A stretch of 64,000 bases of DNA, from contig JAAOMT010000183.1 of the NCBI GenBank assembly GCA_016748015.1, positions 380,370-444,369 of the forward strand, in the 5' to 3' direction. Positions 1 through 13,953 of the stretch are shown here, piece after piece. This DNA comes from Geosiphon pyriformis uo1. Lineage: Eukaryota; Fungi; Glomeromycota. How positions within the stretch are numbered: the stretch's first letter is position 1; every line of letters starts with the position of its first letter. The translations under genes and the position numbers were made by a program. The notes below the pieces were generated by a model, which worked only from the letters and a program-made list of their open reading frames with translations, was not told the DNA's origin and ran no database searches.

Positions 1-219
1 CGAATCTTGATATCAACAAAGGTGAATCAGCACGTTCATTCAAAGGTTATTTCGAGCGTAAATATATTTGAAAATGTTCTATTACTTTTTACTCACTTTC
101 CTCCTTCAATATATGGATAATCCTCTGATAATATGCAAAAATATGCAAAATATCGATCTAATTTCCAGATAAATCTTTTGATTTACCATTTTTCCCCTCT
201 TTTTTATATGTTGCACAAA

Positions 220-415
220 AATTCTAACCTGAAAAGTGCTTACATTGAAAATTTCTTTGCATATTTTTTTCAAAGATTTTATAATCTTTTTTTTGCTTAG
301 AAAATTGAGTTACACATTACTGAAAGGTGTAACGAGTTCAGGTAATTCTAACCTGAAAAGTGCTTACATTGAAAGTTTCTTTGCATATTTTTTTCCAAGG
401 TGTAACGAGTTTGAT
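220..415 (+). repeat. Local direct duplication (~55-bp block twice, ~124 bp apart)
   Basis: aattctaacctgaaaagtgcttacattgaaa(a/g)tttctttgcatattttttt at ~220 and ~344; ggtgtaacgagtt also occurs twice. Confidence 0.7.
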
Positions 416-1644
416 TATCAATTATTTCATAATTTTTTCTTTTTTGTCAAGATTCTTGTCAATAAATAATATTATTTATGTAAAGTATTTATTTAAAATT
501 TTATATATATTAGGTTTAAAAAGATTGATTTCTCAAGAATTAATTTTTAAAAAATATTTATTGTTTTAATCAAAAAATAAAATAATCTGTTTACATTCTT
601 TATATATACATTAATTTTTGTTATTTTTTAACACTTGCTATTATATAAAATAATAATAATAATAATAATAATTATACATATATATAATATTTATTTTTAT
701 TTATTTTAAAAATTATTTAATTTTAATAAAAATCAAGAAAAATGATATAAATTTAAATTTAACAAAATATACAAAACATAATTATAATTCTAAAACAAAA
801 AAATTAATTTTTTTATTGCTAAATATTTTATTTTACAGCTTTGAACGAGCTTTTTTTCATAATAATAATAATAATAATAATAATAATTAAATATAATTTT
901 ATAATTGATAATTCTTGTTCTTACATTTTTTAACAGTTTTCAATTGTAAAAAATTTTAAAATTTATAAAACCAGTTTAAAATATTTAATTTTAATTCTCT
1001 ATTAAAATTTAATTTTAATTGTCTATTAATTTTAGATTTAAAATTATCAAAATTTGAAATTAAATAATATTTTTAAGTAAATAAGAAAATAATCAATTAT
1101 TTTATTTATTTCATTAATTGATCTATTACAAATTTTTATTTCTATTGCAAAATTTTTATAAAAACTATTAATACAAAAAATAATGTCATTTGAGCAAACC
1201 AAATTAAAATTAAATATATATTAAATATGTTTAATGGTTTAGTCTATATTTGATTTTTGCCAAGTTATCATAATCTTATGTGAGGATCTCTTAAAATCTA
1301 AATTTGGACGAACTGTCTTGCCTTTCGAAAGACTAATTAATAATTTAGATATATATACATATGTAAATGTACAGGATTTTTCTATTTGTCTAATATTACA
1401 GAAAACGAGTTAAGATCATGGAATGATAAAAAAAAGATTGAAACTGTGCATGAGAGAACGGGAAATCTTAAATATCATAAACGAAAAAAAGTCGAAAGAA
1501 AGAAATTGTTGAAGCTTATAAGACTTGAATTAAAACTTATCTGTGCTGGATTTTTCAGCTTTATGAGGAAGGGTCTTAATTTAAAAGTTATTTGATAATG
1601 AGTATAAAATTTCAACTTATTTCCCAAACCTTTTTGGGCTTTTT

Positions 1645-4600
1645 TTAATTGTCACCAAGCCATTCCATTAGCTTCTCTTTGAGTAGGGAAATCTTTAACG
1701 GTTGCGAGAGAATATCATTCATGCCACTCTCGAAACATTTATTTCGAGTGTACACACTCGCAGATGGAGTTAATCCAATAATAGGAATTTCAGATCCCAT
1801 AGCACGAATAGCTTTAGTTGTGTCAAAGCCTGACATTATTGGCTATGAGAGAAAGGATTGGGGATTTCAATAAAGGTGCAAGAAACTTGGGTGAATGATC
1901 AATCAATCAGGCAAATGAACAAATTTACCATGTTGACATCCATTAGGATTAACGCTACTCTGCTTTGTTTTTTGAGGATATCGGCAGAGTTGAAGGAGGT
2001 GCCGAGTTCTCCTTGCATAATGTTAACGGCTTCTTGGCCATTGGTAGCGCATAGCGTTTGGTAGCCTAATTTGCTGAGGTCACGTTGAGTGATCTAATTA
2101 TGAAGGAAAATATATTCAAACACTTTTATTTTGGCATGCCAAAAAGAAAACCTTGGACAAACTGACCTTCAAATTAATGTTATTATATTGCTAAAAACCG
2201 AAATACACTTTATAATTGTAAGTCTGTATCAAAAATAAAAAATCTGAATATATGAAAATCTACATACCACACACAAAATACACTTTGATTGTGAGACGTT
2301 TCGAGTTCGAGATTTAAAAGATAGCTCAGAACGGGTTGATTCACTGATTTCACTAGGAGCGGGTCTCTTGCTCGATGGATTTGGTGATATTGATCTTGTC
2401 AATATTGTTGGTAGCTCTTCAAAGGAAAAATGGGTTGATAATATAGTCGAATCCTCCTGCACCGTACTAATTTCAGTTTTATCGATTTCTTCGAGTTCAG
2501 CGTGTACATTTCTAATTATGGGAGACTCTGAGCTGCTATAAAATTTTGGTCTATCATAATGATCAGAATCTTTCATACGAAATCGACTAAATGAAAATCC
2601 GAGCGGTTGGGGTTCATCCATCTTTGCTGAATAAAAAATTTCCATATTTTCCAAACAATTTAATAATCGTCGCTGCATGATAGGCTTGCAAAGTGCTGCG
2701 GTATGGCCCCCGATTTTTTTAATTAATTCATTGCCTAGAGCACGACCTTCCACTGACCAAAATACGAATAATCCGATAGCTAAGCTGTCTTTTCCACAAA
2801 TGGATTGAAATTCTTTTGCAGTCGTTAATACTTGATCAGCATTTCTTTCACCAACATTAAAAAAAACTACATCGCATGGCGAGCAGCGGTATCGTTCATG
2901 CCAAGCTTTTGTGGCTATTACCGCCTTGGAGCCATCTTCAAATGCCTCAACTTTTTGAACGCCTGAGCTAAGCATTGCTACCAAAGCAGATCGAGAGGTT
3001 TCAATCGGATCAATGACAACGATCTTCTTCGATTTTACTGTGGGTGGTATAACTAAAAGTCTTTCAATAGATGCCATTTGAGTAGATGATGTTGGAGACG
3101 TTCCATCAAATGCAAGAAATTCTAGATTCCAAGTGAACCAGAAGCGACTGCCTTTTACTAAATTACTCTCAACTCCTACATCGCCTCCGTTAATAGTTAC
3201 TAAATATTTGCATATAGATAGACCTAAGCCAGTGCCTTCTTGGCACCTATGTATTGAGGGGTCACCTTGTGCAAAACTTTCCCAAATATCTTTAATGAAA
3301 TTTGGATGGATTCTGACGAACATTATCAAAAGTTAATAGGATGTCAGTCACTAAAACCTCCCTTTAAAACATTAAAATTCAAATGCATTTTACCCGATTC
3401 CTGTATCAGTTAATTCAAACATTAAAGTTTGTTTTTGGAAAATATTCGGTTCGGCGGCCTTGACTTGAGCATTGCCAGATGGCATTAAAGAAATTTTAAG
3501 TGATATTTCTCCAGTCTCGGTAAATTTCACCCTAAAAAAGTCTTAACAATCTTTAATAAAGAAAACTATAAAATTCAATATCAATAAAGATTCAAAAACT
3601 TACGAGTTTGATAACAAGTTTATTATTATTTGTTGCAATCTGTAATTGACAAAGCCAAATTGATTTAAAATTTAATGTGATCAAATTTCAATCAAAAATC
3701 CATTTACCTTTCTGGATCGGATTTCACATATTTTGGCAATTCATTCGGTTGCTCACAGAGCAACACTAATTCAATTTTTTTGCTACCAGCACGTTCGCCA
3801 AAAATTTCGACTGTTTTTTCCACGAGGTCAAATAAATCAAAGGTTCGATTTTTGAGGGTGACTTTGTGAGCTTCAAGTTTTGCCGCATCCAAAATATCAT
3901 TTATAATGGAAAGAACTACATCAGAAGCATGAGTCATTATCTGAACCATATCCTTTTGATCAGGAGTGAGGCGTGTATCCTCGAAAGCAGATAAAACACC
4001 AATGATCGCCCCCAAAGGTGTGCGCAATTCTAAAAAGCGTTAGAATTCTTAGGACATTAATTTATTTGACGAGATTTTTGAAATTCTCTTTGAACATACC
4101 ATGTGAAATGTTGGCGAGAATTTGACTTTTAGCCTTATTAATGGCTGTGGCCGCTTCCATTTGTATCTCACGTTTGAGTTTTTCTTCGGAAAGCTTGGAA
4201 TGAGTAATGGCTAAACTGATTTGATTTGAAACCTGTTGCAGGAACATTTTTTCAGAATCAGACCAGGTCTCGTCGGGTTTTCGATGAGCGAAAATCCAGC
4301 CCCAGAAAGAAGAATTCAGGCGAATAGCGACGGACACTGAGGACACAGATTGATGAAGTATTTGGGAAAAATGATTTATGTGGCTTTTGATTTCAAGATC
4401 GAGAAAATCGCTCTTGATATCACCTCTATTTACGAGTGGAACTGATATGCCTTTTACCGGAGCTAATGGGTCAGGTACAAGTTGAGTAAAAGATGGCAAA
4501 AATGAAGAAAAAGGGCGGGTAGATGAATCAATCTCTGGTGATCCAGTCAATTGATCGGCCGATATTTCTTGATCGTCACCAACTGCTTCGCAAGGAACTT

Positions 4601-7600
4601 TTGTGCCCACTAAAGCCTGCATTTCTGGGTAATAAGCCGAAACAGCTAAAATTTTGGCCAAGCCTTTATTTATTGGATCACTGACGATGATAAGTACCGA
4701 ATGGCAATTGAGTATTTGATTGATTTCTTTAACTGCCATTGATAAGATTTCTTGAATATTTAATCCGGATCGAATTTTATTGCTAATAGAAAATAGTAGC
4801 TGCTGCGTTTGATTTTGGTGTAAGTTTTGAGTGATCAGTGCATGACGTAAATTGAAAAGTTTGATGTTAGCTCGTACACGAGCGATTAATTCACGTTTGT
4901 TAAAGGGCTTGATCAAATAATCATCAGCACCTTCATTCAGTCCTTAAAATTAACCCAAAATGGTTAGATATTAATGTGAAATTAAAAGGGTCTTGATTTA
5001 TTACACACCTTCCACGCTCGCTTCTTCACCTGCTCTTGCGGATAAGAAAATCACAAGAATGGTTCGAGTAGTTGGATCGGAGCGTAGAATTTTTAATAGC
5101 TCAAAGGCATTCATGTGGGGCATCATGATATCTGTTTTAGCCAAATTAGACCACATAAAATTTTCTTTTTAAGAAATTCCAAAAAATGTGACAACTTAAA
5201 AACGATATAATTGATAAATATACCGGTTAACACAAGATTTGGTTTGAATTCCCCCTCATTAATAATCGTTAGCGCATGAAGGCCATCACATGCACAACAA
5301 ACCTCAAATTCGGTTTTGAGAATATTAGCGAGATAGTTTCTGAAGTGTAAGGTATTAGATTCCCGAGGAAAATCGGTTAGCAGGAAAACAAGGCCATACA
5401 TGATAATTGTGATAAAAAATTTTAATTGCTACCTCATATCATTATTATCCCCAACTATAAGAACTCTATAAAGTTCTTTTGGAGAGGCAATAGACAACGT
5501 CTTTAGGTATTCCATTGCTTTTTTGGGATCATCATCGTCTTCGAGTCTTGAGTGTAAATCATGGAATTCATGTTTCCTCACATTCCATTGTTGAGTTTCT
5601 TCTAAATATAAATCAATATTTTTGGGCAGCTGGTTGTCCCAAGATGAGGTTATCTGAAGTTTGTCATTTGAGCTTAGCTCATTCTTGTTGATAACATAAT
5701 TCTCAGGTAAATGATCGCTTCCGGTTGGGATCCAAATTTGAAACGTAGTACCGACTCCGACTTGTGAAGTTACTTTAATATCTCCTCCATGTTTTTTTAT
5801 TGATTCTTTGACAAAAGCAAGTCCAATGCCACCACCTTCATAACTCCGTGATGATTGCGATTCAATTTGATAGAAATTTCGGAAAAGATTTTTAAGTTGT
5901 GATTTTGCAATTCCAACACCTTTCATACAAGAAATTTGAAATATTAGGGAAAGTTCATTGGGTTATTAGAATTTATTAAAAAATCGCGTGAATAAAATAG
6001 AGAGCAAGAACCTGTATCGGTAAATTCAACAAAAATGACTTCACCACTTTCATTTTTACCGGGGTAAAGACGTATAGTGACTCCTCCCTTCCATGTGTAT
6101 TTAAAAGCGTTCGAGCCTATATTCAAGCAGAGATATGACAAAAGCTATAATTATTTTGAAGATATTGTAGCCACACAAATTTAAAGCTAGAAATAGAATC
6201 TTGCATAAATTGAGTATGATCTTTTCGTATAAGTCTAGATCAAGATAAACTTTGCGTTTTAATTGAATTTCTAAGACTTCATCGAGTGGTATGTCGATTT
6301 TAAACTTCAATCCAAATGATTCAGCCATGCTTTCAAAGTTGTAGGCCAACTCCCTGGTGAGCTTTGCGATATTTGTTTCGCGATAACGGACTGCCCCGTG
6401 GCCCGCTTCCATTTTTGAGAGCTTGAAAATTGGAAAGAGTTAGAATAATCATTGATTGATAAGAATATTATTGAATTGTGAATCACCCACCTGTAAAAGA
6501 TTGTTCACCAATTTGAGCAACCGTCTGGCATTGCGTTGAATCATTTGTAAATTGTAAATAATCGGAGATGCCGGTTTACACGCGGTGATGGTATCTTCAA
6601 GCGGAGCTAATATTAACGTCAGCGGGGCTAATAATTGAAAAGTCAAAATGTTTAAAATAGAAAACTAAAAAATAAACGTCAATATCCCATTATTACTTTT
6701 CAATTCATGACTAATATTTTGGAAGAACATGATCTTTTGACGATTAAGATCAGCCAAGATTTTTGCTTGGTTTCTTTCTTCTTCACGTGATTTTCCGTTT
6801 GTTAGACTCAAGCTCATATGACGAACCACTAGCTGAGAAACAGAGGGAGCGAATATCAGAATGGAAAAATAGTTTTTGGTTGTTGAAAGCTCTTGCAGCT
6901 ACAGACCTGGCAAAACCTCAAGTAATCTTGGTCAAACATGCGATGTCGATTAAGCCCACATATTAGAACAGCAGTCATTATATTTTTGCCAGCGAAAGAT
7001 ATGGATACGGGAAAAAGGACTGCTTGAAATTCATCGGCAAATGTGATGCCAACATGATGATTGGTTCTGATTACTTTCTCTATAGGCCATGTAGTGAGAT
7101 TGGACGAGAAAGGAAAATTATCAAGATTTGGTGACAGTATATTATCTTTGACTGTCGATGATTCTGGTCGGGAAAGTTTTTGGGCGGTGTGACTAGTCTT
7201 TGATTCACTATTAACCTTTAGTGAATCTTCCATAGCATCAGTAACATCAAGAATATCAGGTGTGTTGAGGAGATAATCAGGTAGAGTTCTTTTAGAATCC
7301 CCTAAAACGAATTTTATATCTTCAACTCCATCTTCATTAGATTGGGCGAGTAAATTTTCATCGAAGGTTGTCGCAGTTAAACGAACTTTATAGCCTTGAT
7401 TTTTTTCATCCGTTTGATTTTTTTCGATAAGGTAAATCAAGGCATATGGGATGTCAGCGGTATGAGCCCGAAGAACATTTGTGACCAAATGACAAGAACC
7501 TTCGACCGATTTCGCAACTTTATTGTGATGTAATTTAAATTTTGATTATGTTAAGGGTAAAGTATTTTCTATAGGTCCAATCAATTACATACCCGGAGTT

Positions 7601-8655
7601 CGATTTCCTAATTCGCCCAAAGTTTTGAGACGACGTACAGATAAGACCTTTTGTGTTGTTTCATAGCCTACAGAGATAAACCCGGCAAGTTCTTTATCAT
7701 CGGGGAATACTGGGCTATAAGTAAAAGAAAAGTGGCACTCTTCATTATATCCAGCCCTCGGCAAATAAATTATCATATCGTTCCAAAATATTCCTTTTCC
7801 CGTCAATGAAACCCTAATACATGTAATAAATCATATGGCGTTTAAAATTGAGATATTAAAAAATTTGAGAAATAAAAATGAATTTACCCCTCAAACATCG
7901 GTCCAAATTGCTGCCATTCATCCTGCCAAACTTCTTGTGCTGGTCTCCCCATTGCTGAAGGAAGAGAAATTGACAAATATCATTAGAAATTTGAACAATT
8001 CAATCCATAGTTGACATATTGACAAAAAAGAAATTTGAACAAATGTAAAAAATGAGAGGCAAGAGATATTTCGCTTACCACGCGGGTGTTTATCCCCCAG
8101 GCAAGATCCAGCCTCTAAAAATTTCAATCAGGGAATAAAAATCATCCTTTAATTGGAAGATTTAATTCATATTTTTCCAAACTGAGGGGGAATTTTTCAA
8201 TACTTACCTTGATTATATATTGTCAATTTTTGAGGCCCAATGTACAGTACAATAGGAATCATGCTGTCAAGACATAGTTTCTAAATGATAAACAAAATAG
8301 ATAATTAAAATTTCTTTAGTCACAAAAATGTAATTAGTATTCATTTTTAGTGATTTTGAATGAAGATGTTAGGGCCGAAATTTTCGGCCATTTGATTTCA
8401 ATTGTCCCAATTGATGTGAATAATAACGATTGATTATTAATTTATCTTCCTCAAAACCTTTTAGATTTCCAGGAGTTAAAGCTATTAATACCCCTATTTA
8501 CGCACCACAATTGAAATCAAAGATTTAGGCCAGTTATCAATACCACCTAGTTGTGTTGCTGACCAGTCGAAAGAATAGACATACTCGGCAACAGATAGTT
8601 CATCTTGATAAATATTTAAAATTTCCTCATTTGATTCACTTTTGCTTAAGGACAT
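1645..8655 (-). CDS. Dual hybrid histidine kinase (PAS-like/GAF-HisKA-HATPase-REC-GAF-HisKA-HATPase-pseudoREC-REC), about 21 exons
   Basis: Hand-spliced exons from ATG 8655: MSLSK..YSFDWSATQLGGIDNWPKSL|KLCLDSMIPIVLYIGP..|LGDKHPR|AMGRPAQEVW. Kinase 1: H-box SHELKTPL, N-box NLCSNAFKYT, G-boxes DTGVGI and GGGIGLA. REC1: LVLTDIMMP..ADDYLIKPF. Kinase 2: H-box SHELRTPL, NLLSNSVKFT, DTGIG, GTGLGLSI. Terminal REC: LILMDVNMPIMSG. Stop at 1645-1647. Introns are GT-AG except one GC-AG. Confidence 0.93.
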
Positions 8656-10789
8656 TTATGAATAGATTAATTAATTACTAAATAAATTTTTTTTTAATGT
8701 TTCAGATATTCATAGAAAAAAACGATTTTTTAAATAATTTAATTAAAAGTAATTTACCGACTCTTTAAAATTGAAAAACTTTTTTACCAAATAAAGTTTT
8801 ATTGGAATAATAATCTTCTGACCACAAACTTTTTTATTTTTTTAATAAATAGTCTGCAAAATGTTTTAAAGTGAAAGATATGCTTGTACCTTTAGGATTT
8901 ACCAAAAACCTGCAAGAATTAAAGAGAAAAAAGGAGCATTTTTCATTTATGCATGGATACACAAATTAATGCATTTGTACTAACCGCGGGAAATACTGAT
9001 TAATGCAAGATTGTATAATATTGTGTGGTCAATTTTTTTGGAAAGTAGTAATATTATAAAGTTTTTGGGAAAAGTTGCAATGTGTGAAATTTGAATGAAA
9101 TTTTAAACAACGAGGTGTTAGCAAAACATATATAAGGAGAAAAACCAAAGTAGCTTTCGAATTAGTGAAATTTATTCATGTGGAATAGCTTCCAATATTT
9201 ACCATTTTCAAGAGTTGAAATTTTGCCAAAATTATTTAAATCTAGAAAAAATTAATTTGTCTTAAATCACAATCGCAATAAAAACGTATTTTGGGAACCT
9301 TTTATTTTTAATTATCGTTTTGAGAATCTTTATAAAACCTCTTTAACCCATTTTTAGAGTGACCCACACCGGTGGTCGAACATAAAAGATAATAAAACAA
9401 GTCGAGGAAAGCTAACCATAAAAATCCTAGACTTTATGTACATGTATTAGATGAATTTTTAGTCATACGGAAAAGTCTATCCCAGACTATGTAATTTTAA
9501 GAGAGATGAGTAATTGAATTCTTTCCTCCACGAATTGTTAATTGTGAAGAAATTTGAATTAGAAAATTATTAAACGAAATAGCAAAGAGCAATGAAAAAA
9601 ACAAAAATCGACAGATGAGAAGTAAAGTACAGAAATAAGTCATTATCTAAAGACTTCCCCTCCCAAGATTGAATAGAATAATTAGCTCTAGTGATCAAAA
9701 ACGGCTGATGGGGTGTTAAAATTTTCATTATTCTAATTGGATATTCTTTGGTTATTGGATCAGCTCATGTAACTTCTCTATTAAAAATGAAAAATTCTTC
9801 AACAAAATCGATGACAAAAATATCATTGAGAAATTTATTTGGCTCCTATCATTTCGAACATGAAAATATTAGGTGCTTTGAATTCAAAGGTCATTATTTA
9901 TCCTTTTTATATGCTTCTATTCGCCTTTTAGATTAGGATCAATTTCTAGCTCATACCTATATTACACATGGTTCAAATTAATTTTTAGTTAGATATTTTT
10001 AAAAGTTTCAACAGAAATGTTGTTTCATGAATCCTAATTTCCCATATTTCGGTTTGAACCCTTTTTAGGTATCGAATTTTTGAGTTAAAATTAAAAGCAG
10101 TGACATTTTTTAAAGTTGAACTATTTAATGAAAAAAAAAAACTTTTACAACCTAATCATCCTTTTCGATAATTATTTTTATGGACTTTTTAATTGCAAAA
10201 TCAGAAAAGTTCAAAGTGATTCTACAATCAAAATCAAACGGGAAATTGATGTGATTTTACCAAGTGGTCATTCAGACCACAGTGAAAAAAAATATTGAAG
10301 CAATTTTGATATCATTTGATAAGAAAATTGCTCAAGAGAAGCCTCAGAGGAATACAATACTGTTGAAGAAATATCTTATTAAACCCCAAAAACGAATATT
10401 GGACAAACATATATATAATCGGTTTGAAAAATTCCCTGTTAAGAATATGAAGAAGATTGTCATGACTGAAATCTTGAAACATAACAAATAGCTACGATAA
10501 GGCCTTTAATGTGATCCATTGAAAAATTGCAAAAAACGTTCCAGAGGTATTTGACACGAAAAAATTAATATATAATGCACTGCCAGAACGCGAGGATATA
10601 AGTTGATTTCATTAATTGAAATATTGAAAATATTCTTTTCATTTATTTTTAAAAAATCTACAAAATTCAAAATTAGAAGTCTCCACTTTATAAATTTCTC
10701 ATTCAACTCTTCAGTATTCTTTAAATCGTAACCCTCATACTTAAACAATTCACAATCAAATTCATAAGCTCTCATCTATTTTTGCCTTT

Positions 10790-11600
10790 CATCCTTCTCA
10801 GTTACCGCCCACAACTTTATGAAAAACTCTATGCTTATCATAAATCCTACGATGGCCAATTTCAAATCACAACTGGCACTGGCGAAGTCCCTAAACCTTT
10901 TTCCTCCGAGACATACTTCATCTGCTTTACAGAACCAGACATCCTCTATTCAGTTGGAACAGTTGAGAATCTCTAAGCTTTTAAAGATTCTTCAGTCGAT
11001 ATGTTTACTGTAGCTGAAGCAGCTCATTGGATTGATATGCCCAAATTCTTTCAGGAAGCACATCGTGTCTTGAAACCAAATGGTACATTGGTAATTTAGG
11101 GATAGTCTTATATTATTCTAAAAGATTATCCAAAGACTACGGAACTGATTGCCAGTATATGGTAGATGAGAATCGCCTGGCTGCTTATTGGATCCTAATG
11201 GACGACCATTACTGAGTGGTTTGTATAAAGATAAAAATTCCTAGAGCTGTTCATCAATGTCCAATGAGAATTTTATCCTGAGGTAAAAAAATTAGCTATG
11301 GGAATCCTAGGCATAAGTTGCAACAGGCTACAGAACCAATCATAGAATATGAATTTACACTTGAAAAATTGAAAAAATATTTGAAGGTAAAAAAGTATTT
11401 GGATGTAAATTTAAGTTGAGAAACGAAAATATTGAGCAAAGTTATTATTATGAAAACTTGGAGGTGCTATACAAATTTCATGCAAAAGAATCCCGGGGCA
11501 AAAGATCCTTTTGATAAATTAATTCAGCTGTATAAGACTGAAGGATGAAAAGAGGATCAGGTGTTGTGTGCCCACCATGCTAATTTTTGCAGAAAATAAA
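10790..11600 (+). pseudogene. Class I SAM-dependent methyltransferase pseudogene (Crg1/Tmt1-like)
   Basis: YRPQLYEKLYAYH..GTGEV..DSSVDMFTVAEAAHWIDMPKFFQEAHRVLKPNGTLVI*G*SY..KYLK|TWRCY. In-frame stops, deletions and frameshifts; remnant intron near 11387. Confidence 0.75.
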
Positions 11601-11809
11601 TTGCAAACTGTTGAAACTAAAATTTTAATGTTTTAACAACTATTTCCTCAAAATGATTGATAAAAATTGCTTAAATCGGGCATTACTTTCTAAAGGCGAC
11701 TGTACATTATAAGTGCCTAGAAAATTCTAACCATATTAGTAAAATAAAATGTAAAAGTTTTCACAATTTCTTGTTTATTATTTTTTTCAACATTTAAACA
11801 TACATTGGA

Positions 11810-12250
11810 CAAAATTATATTTGGCGGAAATATGACACATACCTGTGCGCAGTAACTAACATTGATAAGGGCAAAATACTAGCTCTTATCAAAATTATGA
11901 GTGCTGAGAAAGTTGCGAAGGAAATAAAGCACGACCCCACAACAACACGACAGTTAGAACGATACTTCATAATGCAAGAATTTGATTTAATATAGCAGCA
12001 AAAAAGTCATTGGTTTCAGAAAATCAAGCGAAGAAAATATCACCAAAAATATATATCATTGGTGCCATGTCATTTTTTCCAACTTTCAAGAGTGGTTAGA
12101 GCTCGGGTAATGGTTTGGGGATGTTTCGTGAAGGTCTGTTAATATTTTTTGACAAAGAAAAAATTAATATTCCAAGGTTCTTGAGAAAAATCTTTGACTA
12201 TTTTACAAAACAGTGCGTTCACTAATGAATCAATTCAATAATGCATTGCC
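11810..12250 (+). mobile_element. Tc1/mariner transposase fragment
   Basis: AAKKSLVSENQAKK (~11995) and VMVWGCF (gtaatggtttggggatgtttc, ~12107), both Tc1-type motifs; fragmented. Confidence 0.6.
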
Positions 12251-12377
12251 GTGACAAAGTGAACTGATGACGTCACACACAGTGGCTCGGTGATTTGAAA
12301 AAAAATTCCCTGATATGCTGATGAATTTACTTTTTTTAACTCCCCCTTTCATGGTGCATAATTTTTCGCGCTCAAAC

Positions 12378-13330
12378 ATGTCAACATTCTTTGACAAACC
12401 CTCAGATAATTGGGCATATGATGCTATTGCAGCAAATTATTCCATCGATAACAACATTAGTCACGTCCTCCTAAATATTAAAAAGGATCTTAAGCGACGT
12501 GTCGAGATTCAAGATCGCGACACCGCGCAAGTAAAATGGATTCTGAAGTCTGACTGGCAGGTTTGTTAACCAATAATGTGAATTTAGAATAGTATCCCTT
12601 TGGGCTTCGTGACATCTAGCTGGATTATTCCGTATCGCCCAATGATGATCCGTTCCGATGTCTTTTAAGCAGCTAGTTGCCGCTGCCTATTACTGGACAC
12701 ATTGGTTCATTCCTGTATCATTATTGAATAGCCTTGTTGCTTGTCAGTATGTCGCTTCTAAGCATATCTTGTTCGTCGATTTAAAAAACTTACTTTATTT
12801 CAGATACTTGATTTCTCTCCAACAAGAAAAAGACCCTCCACTCCTTTACCGATTTCACAGCCATCATCACCATTCCGAATGACCAATATTCTCTTTGAAA
12901 AAGATGATGAATTGGACATGGTGACTGGAATTGTGCTGTTTGACTGCCCAGTTATCATCAATGATGTGGTAGAACTGCAGTTAGAATCTCTACCTCGACA
13001 AGAATCCAGGTGGCTTATAAATGAGATTGATGTTTCGGAAAAATGGCATCAATTTAAAGAGAAATTGTTGAAGCCAGTGATGAAGAGGGGTGTTTTTGTA
13101 GAAAGCCATGTACAGCAAATATTGTATGTTTCAATTTCTTTGTTTTGCTACTTCATTATAAAGTTAGATTGCAATTGTTTTATTATGTAGGTTCTTGTTT
13201 TGTTAAAACCAAAACAACATTATCCACTAATGGTGGAAATTTTCAGTGCAGAATTATTAGAAATGATGTACAAAAACATGTTGCAAAAATTCATACAGAA
13301 TTTAATTTCAAAATTTTTACAAAGTTTATG
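12378..13330 (+). pseudogene. Fragment of a lineage-specific hypothetical gene
   Basis: ATG 12378 MSTFFDKPSDNWAYDAI..SDWQ|gtttgt, then further exon-like pieces (WLINEIDVSEKWHQFK..ESHVQQIL|gtatgt) that run into AT-rich DNA; no recognisable domain. Confidence 0.35.
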
Positions 13331-13953
13331 TAAATTGTTCAAATATAGTTTTTTTTTATGAAATTGCTTTTTTTATTTTTTAATTATTAATATAGATTGT
13401 AATGGTTAGTTTAATGATTTAATATTAAGGATTAACACCATGTTCCATAAAAAAATTTGTAACAACTCCGATTAATCAAATAATATAATATTTTTATTGA
13501 TTAAAATAATAATAATACATCATTTATAATTTATATAATTTGTAGCCAATTATAAATAGTGTAACTATTCACATTTTGTCACGTAACTTCCAATTTTTTA
13601 CTTCAAAACAGTTTTCAAGACTTTAAAAAAAACGCTTGTTTTATGAAAATGAATATAGAGCTATGTATACAAGATATAAACTATATTTTTTAATATTATA
13701 ATTAATTGTATGAATAATTTTTTTATTAAACTGGTTCATATATTATATTAAATCAAACATTTGATATAAATTAGCACAAAAAGAAATATCCAAGTTGTTT
13801 TTAAAAGAAGATATGTATAAAAATAATTATAAAAAATACAGGTTTAAATGTTAAAATTATTCTTATTTCTAATATAAAATTTATTTTTAATTTAAAAATT
13901 TGTAGAATTGCTTTATTAAGCATTTTAAGATAATATAAAGATATAACTAAATT

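Noticed and set aside
236-1595. Short ORFs in the track here (also 9748-10775, 13801-14001, 21969-22193)
   Set aside because: Low-complexity I/K/F/L-rich translations typical of AT-rich non-coding DNA; no motifs.
1649-6966. Plus-strand ORFs overlapping the kinase
   Set aside because: Antisense shadows of minus-strand exons.
1645-8655. Bacterial contamination or endosymbiont origin of the kinase
   Set aside because: About 20 spliceosomal introns and fungal neighbouring genes.
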